64,000 bases of DNA from Candidatus Saccharimonadales bacterium (lineage in GTDB: Bacteria; Patescibacteriota; Saccharimonadia; Saccharimonadales; EFPC-124), in the NCBI GenBank assembly GCA_035280845.1, contig DATEFB010000012.1, positions 9,093 to 73,092 on the forward strand. Direction: 5' to 3'. The notes beneath the pieces were generated by a model, which was given only the letters and a program-made list of their open reading frames with translations, searched no databases and had not been told where the DNA came from. Both the position numbers and the translations under genes were made by a program. Below are positions 52,835 through 63,333 of this stretch, piece by piece; position 1 is the first letter of the stretch, and each line of letters opens with the position of its first letter.

Positions 52835-55525
52835 ATGGTAAAGAAACCAAACCGTCGTTCGAAAACGATGAGCCTTTATGCAAACCTTGCAGCTCGTCGC
52901 AAGTCGAAGATTGACGCCAAAGCCCGCCGTAAAGCGGAATACCTTGCCACATTGCCAAAACACCCCTTAAAGCGTCTAGCCTACCGCCTGCACCCTAAGC
53001 GCGTCGCAAAGTTCTGGTTCAGCAAGCAAGGCGCCATTACCTTTGCAAAACTCATGGGCGTCGGCCTCATTATAATTGCGATCTTTATTGCTGCCCTCTT
53101 TGCCTATTACCGTCGCGAGCTCGACGCAATTCGCCCAGAAGAGCTTGCCAAGCGCGTCCAGACTACTGTTTCAAAGTATGTGGACCGCAATGGTGTCCTA
53201 TTGTGGGACGACAAGGGTGACGATGCGTACAAGCTTGTCATTCAATCTGGCGAGATTAATAACGTCATGAAACAGGCCACGGTAGCCGTTGAAGACCGCG
53301 ACTTCTACACCCATGGTGGCATTAGTGTTACCGGCCTGATACGCGCCGGCCTCAACAACGCCGCCGGCAGCGGCAACGTGCAAGGCGCGTCCACCCTCAC
53401 GCAGCAGCTTATTAAACAGGTGTTCTTTGCAAACGAAGCCGCCGCAAACCGCTTAGACATATCGCGAAAGGTCAAAGAAATCATCTTGGCAATCGAGGTT
53501 GAGCGGATGTACAACAAGGACCAGATCCTTACGCTGTACTTAAACGAGTCGCCCTATGGTGGGCGCCGCAATGGCGTTGAATCAGCCTCGCTGACATACT
53601 TTGGCAAGCACGCCAAGGATCTGTCACTGCCCGAGGCTGCACTGCTCGCCGCTATTCCGCAGAACCCAACCTACTACAACCCGTACAATACCGATGGCAA
53701 CAAAGACCTGATTGAGCGCCAGCACAAAGTCCTTAACGACATGCGCGAACAGGGCTACATTAACAAGGACCAGGCCGACGAAGCTAAAAAGGTGCCAATC
53801 CTCGACACCATTAAACCAGAGCTTACTGCTACCGAAGACATTAAAGCCCCGCACTTTGTCCTTGAAGTACGCAGCCAGCTCGAAAAAGAATTCGGGACCA
53901 AGCTGGTACGTGATGGCGGATTGACCATTAAGACCACCCTCGACTCACGCATCCAACAAAAGGCCGAAGAATCAGTTACCAAAAACTACCGCTTTGCAAC
54001 CGCCATCGGCGCAACCAACATGGCCGTGACAGCCGTAGATGTACCGACCGGCCAGGTACTGGCAATGGTGGGCAGCTACGACTACAACAACAAGCAATTC
54101 GGTGAAGTAAATGCGGCTACGGCGCTGTTAAACCCAGGGTCCAGCATTAAGCCGTTCATCTACGCAAACCTCTTTAAGCCAAAAGAGGGGCTGAACTACG
54201 GTGCAGGCACCATCCTCTCCGACGAAAACATCGACAAACAGTATGGCAGCCAGCTCCGCAACTACGATGGCAAGTTTATGGGCAACATTGCTATTCGCCA
54301 GGGCCTGGGTAACTCCCGCAACCCGCCAGCTGTAAAGGCAGCTATCGCAGGCGGCTTGAACAACGCGATTAAAACCACTCAAGAAGTTGGTAACCGCAGC
54401 TACTGTGTTGGCGTTGACTACGGGCTCTCGGCTGCCATTGGTAGCTGTGCGGTCCGCCAGGTAGAGCACGTCAACTCATATGCTACCCTTGCCCGCCAGG
54501 GTAATTACGAACCCGAATCATACATCCTTGAGGTTAAGAACGCCCAAGGCCAGGTAATTAAACAGTGGAAGTCCGAATCTAAAAGGGTCCTCGACCCACA
54601 GATCACCTACATGCTGAGCGATGTCCTGACCGACCCAGCAGCCCGCTCATCAGTATTCGGCCCCAACCCTCCAGGGTTTAACGTTCCAGGCGTAAAGACT
54701 GCCACCAAGACCGGTACGACCGACGATGGTGCAGGCCACGCAAAAGACAGCTGGATGATGAGCTACACACCGCGCATGGCGCTCGGTATCTGGACTGGCC
54801 GCAATGACCCCAAGGCGTTAACGAGCCTTTCGAGCACCGGTAACGCCAACGTGATCATGGACGTGCAAAAATTTGCCCACCAGGAAGTCTTTGCTAAAGA
54901 CGGCTCCTGGAAAGCTGGCGATTGGTTCCAACAGCCTGCCGGTATCCAAAAACTTACTGTCGCGGGCAAGACAGACATATTCCCATCGTGGTACGTCAAG
55001 CCGACCACATCGGAACAAGACATGGTGTTCGACCAACTATCTAAGCGCAAAGCAACGCAATGTACCCCTGCCCGCGCCAAGGTCACACTGAAGGTCCAAA
55101 GCTTCCAGGACCCAGTGACAAAAGTCACCACCACAACGGCACCCGACGGCTACGACACCAAGAACGATGATGACCGCCATAACTGTAGCGACGTCAAACC
55201 GTTCGTTACCGTAAGCGCTACCCAAAGTGGCAGCGGCGCCAACAAGGTACTTAAAATCTCGGCAAACGTTACCCAAGGGTCGTTCCCGCTCAGTTCGATA
55301 GACATTGCCGTTGATGGCCAGGTCGTATCCAGCCAGGCAGTTGGCGGGGCCGGTACGTACACGTACGACTACCCAATCCCTGCCGGCAAGACGTCTGCCA
55401 ATGTATCGGCTACAGTCGTTGACCAAGGCTTCTACGACGGCTCGGACAGCACCAACAAGACTATTACGTCAACAGGAGGCGGCAACAACAACTTCGCGAT
55501 TGTGAAGCCCCCACGGCGCGACTAG
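52835..55525 (+). CDS. class A penicillin-binding protein (transglycosylase/transpeptidase) with ~150 aa C-terminal extension
   Basis: 896 aa; N-terminal TM, GT51 motifs (EDRDFYTHGGIS, GASTLTQQL), transpeptidase SxxK (SSIKPF), SxN, KTG(T) motifs; Thr/Ser/Gly-rich tail. Confidence 0.92.
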   Translation: MVKKPNRRSKTMSLYANLAARRKSKIDAKARRKAEYLATLPKHPLKRLAYRLHPKRVAKFWFSKQGAITFAKLMGVGLIIIAIFIAALFAYYRRELDAIRPEELAKRVQTTVSKYVDRNGVLLWDDKGDDAYKLVIQSGEINNVMKQATVAVEDRDFYTHGGISVTGLIRAGLNNAAGSGNVQGASTLTQQLIKQVFFANEAAANRLDISRKVKEIILAIEVERMYNKDQILTLYLNESPYGGRRNGVESASLTYFGKHAKDLSLPEAALLAAIPQNPTYYNPYNTDGNKDLIERQHKVLNDMREQGYINKDQADEAKKVPILDTIKPELTATEDIKAPHFVLEVRSQLEKEFGTKLVRDGGLTIKTTLDSRIQQKAEESVTKNYRFATAIGATNMAVTAVDVPTGQVLAMVGSYDYNNKQFGEVNAATALLNPGSSIKPFIYANLFKPKEGLNYGAGTILSDENIDKQYGSQLRNYDGKFMGNIAIRQGLGNSRNPPAVKAAIAGGLNNAIKTTQEVGNRSYCVGVDYGLSAAIGSCAVRQVEHVNSYATLARQGNYEPESYILEVKNAQGQVIKQWKSESKRVLDPQITYMLSDVLTDPAARSSVFGPNPPGFNVPGVKTATKTGTTDDGAGHAKDSWMMSYTPRMALGIWTGRNDPKALTSLSSTGNANVIMDVQKFAHQEVFAKDGSWKAGDWFQQPAGIQKLTVAGKTDIFPSWYVKPTTSEQDMVFDQLSKRKATQCTPARAKVTLKVQSFQDPVTKVTTTTAPDGYDTKNDDDRHNCSDVKPFVTVSATQSGSGANKVLKISANVTQGSFPLSSIDIAVDGQVVSSQAVGGAGTYTYDYPIPAGKTSANVSATVVDQGFYDGSDSTNKTITSTGGGNNNFAIVKPPRRD

Positions 55526-55530
55526 CGCAC

Positions 55531-55567
55531 AAAAAAATCCCCGGCATTTGTACCGGGGATTTTTTTA
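55531..55567. terminator. bidirectional rho-independent terminator (A7 ATCCCCGG catttgta CCGGGGAT T6) between convergent PBP1A and yacL-like genes
   Basis: perfect 8 bp stem with A-run and T-run flanks. Confidence 0.75.
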
Positions 55568-56431
55568 CAGGCTGCGGTCCTCGCTGGGACTCGCGCGCCT
55601 GCGGCGACGCTGTGTGTTGCGAGGCTTGGGCTGTTGCTGTGGCTGCTCGTGAACAGGCTCCGGAGCTTTAGGGTGCTCAGGCTTGGCATGGGCAGCATGG
55701 TACACCGCCTGAGGCTTGCGCTCGCGGTCGTGCGCAATGTGTTCGCCGCGCAGTGTTGCGAACATCATCTTGCCTGCCTGCGTCTGAAGCATACGGCTAA
55801 ACTCAACATGGACTTTCTGGCCAATCTTATTGCCGGCTTTTTCGACGACTACCATTGTGCCATCTTCGAGATATCCGACGCCTTGCGTACGGTCCTGGCC
55901 AACCTGGGTGATTTTAATTTCAGACTTCTCGCCCGGCAAATGCATGCCACGAAGCGCCTGGGCAAGTTCGTTCACGTTGAGCACGCGCACGCCCTCGATC
56001 TCTGCGACCTTATTCAGGTTAAAATCAGTAGTGTAGAGCATGGCACCCGTGCGCTTGGCAAGGGCAACAAGCTTGTCGTCCACTTCTTTAATGCCGCGAG
56101 CCATGCCCGGCTTGATAATAACTTCGGTCTGGCGCATATCCTGCAGGTGTCGTACCACGTCGAGGCCAAAACGGGCGCGTTCGCGCTTGAAGCTGTCACC
56201 TTGGTCGGCAAGCAGCTGAAGTTCGGCCACCACGAATTGCGGGACAATAATGCGTTGCGGCACAAAGCCGGACTGCACAATGTCTACCAAACGGCCGTCA
56301 ATGAGGCCTGATGTGTCTATGACCATCTGGTTCTTAAGCTTGCCGCGTGTGTTGTTTGCAAACCACACAACATATGCCAGCGCGGCGGAGTTAACTGCTG
56401 TTAGCCCCGCTGTTATGATTTCTAATCCCAT
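55565..56431 (-). CDS. PIN/TRAM domain membrane protein (YacL-like)
   Basis: 288 aa; N-terminal TM helices, PIN-like core (VIDTSGLIDGRLVD), C-terminal TRAM-like beta region, Arg-rich tail; conserved radA-proximal position as in Firmicutes yacL. Confidence 0.7.
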   Translation of the reverse strand: MGLEIITAGLTAVNSAALAYVVWFANNTRGKLKNQMVIDTSGLIDGRLVDIVQSGFVPQRIIVPQFVVAELQLLADQGDSFKRERARFGLDVVRHLQDMRQTEVIIKPGMARGIKEVDDKLVALAKRTGAMLYTTDFNLNKVAEIEGVRVLNVNELAQALRGMHLPGEKSEIKITQVGQDRTQGVGYLEDGTMVVVEKAGNKIGQKVHVEFSRMLQTQAGKMMFATLRGEHIAHDRERKPQAVYHAAHAKPEHPKAPEPVHEQPQQQPKPRNTQRRRRRASPSEDRSL

Positions 56432-56445
56432 AGTGGATTTCTCCT

Positions 56446-57798
56446 TTATGACTTCTTTAAAAAGGTTGTCAGCGCGTCACGCATGCTGCTGACAGGTTTA
56501 ATAAAAGCATTCTTTTTATTGCTATTCGGGCCGATAGCGTACGTGAAACCCAATTTTTTAGCCTCAGCAATGCGCTTGTCGGACTGTATGGCTGTGCGGA
56601 CTTCTCCGCTCAAACCAACTTCGCCAAAGACAACTGCGCCGGGGTCGAGGGCAAACTCTGTTGCTGCCGATGCTATGGCCATGCATACGGCAAGATCTGC
56701 TGCCGGATCCTGCAACTTCATGCCGCCTACCACGTTAATGTAGATATCGCTATCAGATAAGTTCAGTTTGGTGCGCCGTTCCAACACGGCGACCAGTACG
56801 TTGAGGCGGTTGAGGTCAAAACCCGAGGCTGTGCGCTTAGGATACCCGAAGTTAGTCTTATTAACAAGTGCCTGGATTTCCACAAGCAGCGGCCGGTTGC
56901 CTTCGAGCGTCGCCATCACGACCGACCCATCGCTACTCTGACGCTCTTCCAGCAATGCCGCAGACGGGTTGAGGACGGGCACAAGGCCAGCGTCATTCAT
57001 CTCGAAGATGGCCGCCTCGTTGGTTGAGCCATAGCGGTTCTTGACGGCACGCAACACCTTAAAACCGCCATAACGGTCACCCTCTAGGTTTAGCACTACG
57101 TCAACCATGTGCTCGAGCACTTTTGGCCCGGCAATACTCCCCTCTTTTGTGACGTGGCCAACCAGCACCAAGGCGGTATTGCTGGATTTAGCGGCACGTG
57201 TAATCAAATTAGAAGAATTGGTGATCTGTCCCACCGAGCCAGGCGCCGAGCTCAGCGCCTCCATAGCCAGCGTCTGAATGGAGTCAACAATCACCAACCT
57301 GAACTTGCCCTCCTTAATAGTAGCCGCAATATCGTCGGCCGAAGTCGATGACACAAGGTGCAGGTTCTCGTGGCTTGCGCCCAAGCGGGTTGCGCGCACT
57401 TTAACCTGGCCAGTCGATTCCTCGCCGCTCACGTATAAGACCGGCTGGTCTTTGGCGACCAGATACGCAAGCTGCATGAGCAGTGTTGACTTGCCGATGC
57501 CCGGCTGCCCCGCAATTAACACCACGCTGGCTGGCACAATGCCGCCGCCCAGCACCATGTCGACGTCGGGCATACCTGTACCAATGCGGCCGGCCTGGTC
57601 ACTCGCAGCAACGTCGGCTATTGCCTCTGTTTTGAGCGCCTTCCCGTGGCTGCTCGCAACAACGCTTGCGCCCGATACCTCGACGGCCTGCTCCACCAGA
57701 CTGTTCCAACTGCCACAGCTGTCGCACCGCCCGGCCCACTTGGAACGGACAGCACCACATTGCTGGCAAACAAATTGTATTGTCGGTTTTTTCACCAT
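56446..57798 (-). CDS. radA: DNA repair protein RadA (Sms)
   Basis: 450 aa; C4 zinc finger CQQCGAVRSKWAGRCDSCGSW, Walker A GQPGIGKST, KNRYG, Lon-protease-like C-terminal domain. Confidence 0.93.
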   Translation of the reverse strand: MVKKPTIQFVCQQCGAVRSKWAGRCDSCGSWNSLVEQAVEVSGASVVASSHGKALKTEAIADVAASDQAGRIGTGMPDVDMVLGGGIVPASVVLIAGQPGIGKSTLLMQLAYLVAKDQPVLYVSGEESTGQVKVRATRLGASHENLHLVSSTSADDIAATIKEGKFRLVIVDSIQTLAMEALSSAPGSVGQITNSSNLITRAAKSSNTALVLVGHVTKEGSIAGPKVLEHMVDVVLNLEGDRYGGFKVLRAVKNRYGSTNEAAIFEMNDAGLVPVLNPSAALLEERQSSDGSVVMATLEGNRPLLVEIQALVNKTNFGYPKRTASGFDLNRLNVLVAVLERRTKLNLSDSDIYINVVGGMKLQDPAADLAVCMAIASAATEFALDPGAVVFGEVGLSGEVRTAIQSDKRIAEAKKLGFTYAIGPNSNKKNAFIKPVSSMRDALTTFLKKS

Positions 57799-57887
57799 GT
57801 ATTTATTCTATTATAATATAGTTTGACTATTACAATTTACGTTGCAGAATAGTATAATCTACATACCTCGTACCGAAGGGAAGAGTA

Positions 57888-58388
57888 ATGGACAGGCTTA
57901 TGGCGCGCGCAATCCAGCGAGCGGCGCTTGCCGGCATCGCCGACGCCTTTCTGAACATGTACTACATGAGTGATCTCTGGGCAGGATACCTGAGCGGCGG
58001 CCACCAGGAAGATTATGAGGTCGAGAAAAGCGCGAGAGCGACGTGGACGATCCACGTCAGCCACTTTGGCGGCGGGAGGATCCACCTCTCGTGGTCAATC
58101 CGCTTCAAAGATACGTCGCTCGGCGGCGTACACCTCATGGCAAATGAGGACAACCTCATCGGCCTCGCCTGGAACCGTGGTGAATACCTGTTCGAGGGCA
58201 ATGACATGAGCCTGGCATACCTGCAGTTCGACATCGAAGCCGACGACGAGCCGCTCGAAGAAGACCTCTTCGTCCAGGTGTTCGCGGCGCTTCAGCTCGA
58301 ACTGTACCGCTACCTGCGGCGGCACCGCATGCCAATGCACTCGCCCAGCAGCAAGTTGCTCGCGCCCATCCGTCCGCGGCACACCTAG
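57888..58388 (+). CDS. hypothetical protein (166 aa)
   Basis: ORF with perfect -10 TATAAT (57853-57858) upstream; followed by hairpin 58389-58420. Confidence 0.45.
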   Translation: MDRLMARAIQRAALAGIADAFLNMYYMSDLWAGYLSGGHQEDYEVEKSARATWTIHVSHFGGGRIHLSWSIRFKDTSLGGVHLMANEDNLIGLAWNRGEYLFEGNDMSLAYLQFDIEADDEPLEEDLFVQVFAALQLELYRYLRRHRMPMHSPSSKLLAPIRPRHT

Positions 58389-58502
58389 CCCCACCCTGCG
58401 AACCCTGCAGCCAGTGGGGCTTTCGCATTCTTAGCCATAAAGGAAAACCGCCCGGGCAAAAGCCGCGGGCGGAAGTCCTTACTCATAATGCAGATGGAAC
58501 GG

Positions 58503-58901
58503 TCAGGCCACGAGCGCCGCCGGGACGCGGTTGTCCAGGAGAGCAGCGATCTGCTCGGTCTGCGGGCCGTAACCGTCCTCCAGCTCCTCGTCCCAGATCA
58601 TGGGGCCGTTGCTGAAGGGGACGAAGACCCCACCGATGCGGACGATCTCGTGGATGGTGGCCAGCCGGTCGAGCAGCTCGTACGAGCCGCTGAAGACCTT
58701 CTTGGCGCGCTCGCCGGCGTACTGGCCCACCGACACGAAGGTCAGGGTACCGGCCCGCAGGCGCTGCGTCAACTCGGGGTCGACGCCCTCGTACGTGCCG
58801 TACAGCTCGTAGTACGCCCACCGCTCCATGGCCGCCTCGTAGGCGTCCTGGGTCAGAACGGGCGTAACGCCACTGTTGGCGTCGCTACGGTACAACGTTG
58901 C
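58503..58901 (-). CDS. hypothetical small acidic protein (133 aa), ~66% GC
   Basis: ORF 58503..59003 trimmed to ATG 58899-58901 preceded by AGGAG 6 nt upstream; followed by terminator hairpin 58448-58472. Confidence 0.5.
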   Translation of the reverse strand, partial: ATLYRSDANSGVTPVLTQDAYEAAMERWAYYELYGTYEGVDPELTQRLRAGTLTFVSVGQYAGERAKKVFSGSYELLDRLATIHEIVRIGGVFVPFSNGPMIWDEELEDGYGPQTEQIAALLDNRVPAALVA

Positions 58902-59095
58902 CATTTCGAGCTCCTCATTCCACTGTTCCACCCAGACTGGGTGGGATTCGGGTGCGGACCTCGGCGTTTCCATCATGCAGAATCGCCAAGAGTATACGGC
59001 CACGTAAGCCGCATGCTTTTGGCGATTCTATTTTGTAAGGACTCTACCTTAAGTAGATGATAATATTTTACAATAAATATACAAATAAGTCAATA

Positions 59096-60079
59096 CTACT
59101 GCGTGCTGACAGGTGTGTACTGGCTATCCAGGCTCTTGTTAAGGTCTTGCTGCAGCGCAACCTCATTCTTAACCTTGGCCACAATATCGTTATACTGGGC
59201 TACCATGGACTGGGTGGCTCGCGCAATCCGGTTGTATTCCTGGGCCTTGGCATTAAAACCAGGAACCTCTTTATTGTACTCGGCAACATTGGTGGTGCGC
59301 AGCGAATCCAACCGCTGTTTTTCGGCGTCAATCTCGGCGTCGCGGCGCTTTAGGTCGGTCGTATTGGCGTCGATCTGCGGCTTTAGGGTGTCGAGTTGCT
59401 GCTGGTAAGCGTCGATGCGGGCCTTGGACGCATCAAACTCAGCATTATAAGCCCGCTGGAGTGCAATCACCTTCGCGCGCCCCTGGGTAAAGTACTGCTT
59501 GTAATACTCCTCAAGGTCGGCAGGTAGCGTCTGGTATTCGGTTGCCAGAATAGAGTGCAGTTCGTTTGCCAGCTCACCCGGCTCTGTCTTCTCGTAGATT
59601 GCCAGCAAATCCTGCAGTTTTTTGTCGTTCTTTAGGTTGTCGGCCTCGCGGCGGACCATTGCATCTACCTTTTGGCGCGTGTCAGAATCCAGCCGCTCAT
59701 ACGCAGCATGCAGCATTTCGTGCACGGCCGTGACCTGCAGGACCCCCGCCAGGCGTTGGTCGGTTACGTTAAACAGATAGATTTTTTGCGAGGCATAACA
59801 GCCAAGCACTCGTCCGTGTTCGGGGGTGGTTTCGCAGTTAAAGTTAAACGCTTCACGGTCCTGGATTTTAGGGTCAGAGACATAAAACAGCTCACGGGCA
59901 CGCTGGGTCATATCGGTTTCATCAGAAATACGCGCGATTTCCGCGGGAGCGGTGTAGTTGCGCAGGCGCCACCAATCAATTATTTCCTGGCGGTTGTCAA
60001 CAACCCACCAGCCGCCAAAAATCAGTACAAGCAACAGCAGAACATTCGTGAGCCCCAACGTGAATCTTCGCTGGTTCAT
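59096..60079 (-). CDS. membrane-anchored putative zinc metallopeptidase (HEMLH) with long coiled-coil C-terminus
   Basis: 327 aa; N-terminal TM LGLTNVLLLLVLIFGGWWVV, motif TAVHEMLHAAYE, Gln/Asp/Ala-rich coiled coil; 4 nt after clpC stop. Confidence 0.55.
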   Translation of the reverse strand: MNQRRFTLGLTNVLLLLVLIFGGWWVVDNRQEIIDWWRLRNYTAPAEIARISDETDMTQRARELFYVSDPKIQDREAFNFNCETTPEHGRVLGCYASQKIYLFNVTDQRLAGVLQVTAVHEMLHAAYERLDSDTRQKVDAMVRREADNLKNDKKLQDLLAIYEKTEPGELANELHSILATEYQTLPADLEEYYKQYFTQGRAKVIALQRAYNAEFDASKARIDAYQQQLDTLKPQIDANTTDLKRRDAEIDAEKQRLDSLRTTNVAEYNKEVPGFNAKAQEYNRIARATQSMVAQYNDIVAKVKNEVALQQDLNKSLDSQYTPVSTQ

Positions 60080-60082
60080 GTA

Positions 60083-62572
60083 CTACTCCGGCTTAAGGCT
60101 AAATGCCAGTTCGCCCTTCTTGGTTGTGACTTCAATGACATCTCCTCTATTGTAACGCTCGGCAAGAAGCCCGGCAGCAATTTCGTCTTCGATTGTGTCT
60201 TGAATAACGCGGCGAAGCGGACGAACGCCATTCTGCGCATCGTAGCCCTTCTCGAGAAGTGCGTTCTTGGCAGCAGCACTCACACGCACTGCGACATGCT
60301 GTCGGCCTACGCGGTTGCTTAGTTTGCTCAGCTCAATATCAAGGATCGTCTTAACATCCTGCCTGGTTAGCGCCTTGAACACGACAATCTTATCCAGGCG
60401 GTTAATGAGCTCTGGGCGCATCATCCGTTTTAAGTCGGCCATGGCGGCGTCGCGGTTTTGCTCGTGTACGGCCTCCAGCTGGTCAATGTCAGCCTTGGTG
60501 ACGGCCCGGAAACCAAGGTTGGCTTCACGCTGCATTTTCTCGGCGCCAAGGTTGCTGGTTAGAATGACGATTGTGTTCGTAAAATCTACCCGGCGGCCTT
60601 TTGCATCTGTTAAAATGCCGTCTTCCAGAATCTGCAGCAGAATGTTAAAGACTTCGGGGTGAGCTTTTTCAATCTCATCGAACAGCACCAGGCTGTATGG
60701 TTGGCGGCGAATCTTGTCGGTCAGCTGCCCGGCGTCGTCGTACCCTACATAGCCTGCGGGCGCGCCAACCAGACGGCTGGTAGCGTGGCGTTCAGCAAAT
60801 TCGGACATGTCAATTTTTATGAGCGCATCGTCGGTACCAAACAGCTCGCGGGCCAATACGCGGGCGAGCTCGGTCTTACCAACGCCGGTTGGTCCCATAA
60901 ACAGGAACGAGCCGATTGGACGCTTGCCATCGTGGATACCGCTTCGGTTGCGTCGGATTGAACGCGCAACGGCCTCAACCGCATCGCTCTGGCCAACGAC
61001 GTGTTTTGCCAGGTGCGATTCCATGTTCAGCAGGTATTTCGCCTCTGATTTAATGACTTTTTCTACAGGAACACCGGTCATCATGGCAATGGTGCGGGCA
61101 ACGTCTTCCATGGTCAGGTTAAGTTTTTGTTTGCTCTGGGTTTTCGTGCGGAAGTCGCTTAAGCGGGCGTTGATCTGGCTCATGCGAGTCTTGTAGTGGG
61201 CGGCACGCTCGTAGTCTTCAGCTTCCACCGCCTGCTCCATGCGCTCCGTCACTTGCTTCAGTTCGCGGCTTAGCTTGCGGGCTTCGATTGGCGCCTTGCC
61301 TCGGTCCACCTTTACCTGGGCGGCGGTTTCGTCGAGCACGTCAATTGCCTTGTCGGGCATAAAACGGTCGCTAATGTAGCGCTTGGCGAGCTCGGCGATT
61401 TCGTCTAGAACGTCATCGCTTACCTCGACGCTGTGGTGCTGCTCATAGTGGTGCTTCAGGCCTTTTAGGATGGCCTGCGTTTCTTTTACGGTTGGCTCAG
61501 GCACAATGACCGTCTGGAAACGGCGTTCCAGGGCGGCGTCTTTTTCGATGTGCTTGCGGTATTCGTCGAGCGTGGTCGCACCGATCATCCGCAGGCTGCC
61601 GCGCGCAAGTGCAGGCTTTAGCATATTAGCGGCATCAATCGCGCCCTCGGCAGCGCCTGCGCCAACTAGCAGGTGCAACTCGTCAATAAATACGATCAGA
61701 TTCTTGTCACTGGTAATTTCTTCGACAAGCTTCTTGAGGCGTTCTTCAAACTCGCCACGGTATTTTGTACCAGCAATCATACCGGCCAGGTCGAGTGTAT
61801 ACACGCGCTTATCAAGCAGATGGTCGGGCACTTCCTCGGCAATAATGCGTTGGGCCAGGCCTTCTACAATAGCTGTTTTACCAACACCCGGCTCGCCCAA
61901 AAGCACGGGGTTATTTTTGGTGCGGCGGCCAAGAATTGTAATAATGCGCTTAATCTGGGTGTCCCGGCCGACCACCGGGTCGAGCTCGCCAGCGCGGGCC
62001 TTCTCGGTAATATCGGTGCCAAAATAATCCAGCGCGGTTTGGCGGCGTTTTTGTGGGCGCTTGCCAGCAGATGCGCCGGTGCTTGCGCTGTCGTAGTCGT
62101 ATTGGCCCTGGCCTTGGCGGCCAAGGTATTGCTCAAGCTCGGCGGTCAGACCGTCGACATCGACGTTCATATCGCGCAAAAGCACCGTGGCACGTGCGTT
62201 CTTCTGTGTGAGCATGCCATACAGAATATGTTCGGTACCACAATAATCCTGATTAAATTCCTGGGCGATGTCCCAGCTGAGTTTCAGGGTAAGTTTGGCC
62301 GTCTCGCTCAGACCTTTTGCGCCGGTACTTACCACAAGCGCACGTGGGGTCAGATTGAGGGCAAGCCGGGCTCGATCGAGAGTTACGCCACTACCGGCCA
62401 ACAGCTTTGCGCCGACCGAAACGTCCTGGCTTAACACTCCGAGCAATATATGTTCTGTCCCGATGTATGCCGAGCCGAGGCTGCGGGCGATGCTGTCAGC
62501 ATGCTGCAGGCTGGACCGGGCATTGTCGGTCAAATGGTTCACAAAATCGTATAAATCGCCTGTAGGCATCAT
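60083..62572 (-). CDS. clpC: ATP-dependent Clp protease ATP-binding subunit ClpC-type (class III Hsp100)
   Basis: 829 aa; two Clp_N repeats, two AAA+ modules ([16 protein letters not shown]), middle UVR-like linker. Confidence 0.88.
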   Translation of the reverse strand: MMPTGDLYDFVNHLTDNARSSLQHADSIARSLGSAYIGTEHILLGVLSQDVSVGAKLLAGSGVTLDRARLALNLTPRALVVSTGAKGLSETAKLTLKLSWDIAQEFNQDYCGTEHILYGMLTQKNARATVLLRDMNVDVDGLTAELEQYLGRQGQGQYDYDSASTGASAGKRPQKRRQTALDYFGTDITEKARAGELDPVVGRDTQIKRIITILGRRTKNNPVLLGEPGVGKTAIVEGLAQRIIAEEVPDHLLDKRVYTLDLAGMIAGTKYRGEFEERLKKLVEEITSDKNLIVFIDELHLLVGAGAAEGAIDAANMLKPALARGSLRMIGATTLDEYRKHIEKDAALERRFQTVIVPEPTVKETQAILKGLKHHYEQHHSVEVSDDVLDEIAELAKRYISDRFMPDKAIDVLDETAAQVKVDRGKAPIEARKLSRELKQVTERMEQAVEAEDYERAAHYKTRMSQINARLSDFRTKTQSKQKLNLTMEDVARTIAMMTGVPVEKVIKSEAKYLLNMESHLAKHVVGQSDAVEAVARSIRRNRSGIHDGKRPIGSFLFMGPTGVGKTELARVLARELFGTDDALIKIDMSEFAERHATSRLVGAPAGYVGYDDAGQLTDKIRRQPYSLVLFDEIEKAHPEVFNILLQILEDGILTDAKGRRVDFTNTIVILTSNLGAEKMQREANLGFRAVTKADIDQLEAVHEQNRDAAMADLKRMMRPELINRLDKIVVFKALTRQDVKTILDIELSKLSNRVGRQHVAVRVSAAAKNALLEKGYDAQNGVRPLRRVIQDTIEDEIAAGLLAERYNRGDVIEVTTKKGELAFSLKPE

Positions 62573-62719
62573 CTATATTCTACCTTCCAAGTATCAAGTG
62601 TGTACATTCAGTATAAAAAACTTAGCACTCGCACGTCAAGAGTGCTAATAATATTTGCTAAAAATTAGTAATTATTATAAAGTATATACGCCCATTATAC
62701 CGTTCCGAGAGGAGTGGGC

Positions 62720-63205
62720 ATGCAACCCGACGAGTATCCGCTGGCAAGCGACCGCAAGTTGGAACTTGCGCGTCGGCTCGGGATCGAGATCACCGAGGGC
62801 ATGACGCCCCGTGAACTCAATATCCTCATCAGCAATGCTCCGGCCACCGACAAGCAGCGCGAGTTCGCCCAGATCCTCGGCGCTCCCCTGCCCGAGTCGG
62901 CCACCTTCAGCCAGGCATCGCGCCTGCTGGACGTCCTCGTCCCGCTGAAGTGCCAGATCTCCCTGTCGACATCCGGCTGGGAGGTCGGCGACGTGCTGGC
63001 CTGGCGCGGTGATTACTTCCGGATCGTCAAGATCCTGACGAAGTTCGACTACCGCATGTACATGAAGCCGGTCGACCTGGAGCCCGGCGGTGGCGGCGAC
63101 CCCGTAAGGGTCATCAACCGCAAGGCGCCTCAGGTCCAACACTACCCGATCACCCTGGAGGGCGACGCCCACAAGGTGGATCTGGAGACATGGAGGCCTC
63201 ACTGA
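62720..63205 (+). CDS. hypothetical protein (161 aa), ~65% GC
   Basis: ATG 62720 preceded by GAGGAG 5 nt upstream; same frame as ORF 62714..63205. Confidence 0.45.
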   Translation: MQPDEYPLASDRKLELARRLGIEITEGMTPRELNILISNAPATDKQREFAQILGAPLPESATFSQASRLLDVLVPLKCQISLSTSGWEVGDVLAWRGDYFRIVKILTKFDYRMYMKPVDLEPGGGGDPVRVINRKAPQVQHYPITLEGDAHKVDLETWRPH

Positions 63206-63278
63206 TGTGCTGGGCCAGTGCTGAGACAGGCAGCGCTCACGCTTAGCGTGCAAGCGGGTTCAATGCCCGCCTGGCCCA

Positions 63279-63323
63279 CAAAAAATGCCCTGGCTCATTT
63301 TCGAGCCAGGGCATCCTTCTTTT
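63279..63323. terminator. bidirectional terminator (ATGCCCTGGCTC attttc GAGCCAGGGCAT with A5/T-rich flanks) between convergent hypothetical gene and nusA
   Basis: perfect 12 bp stem. Confidence 0.7.
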
Positions 63324-63333
63324 AAAGAGTCCC

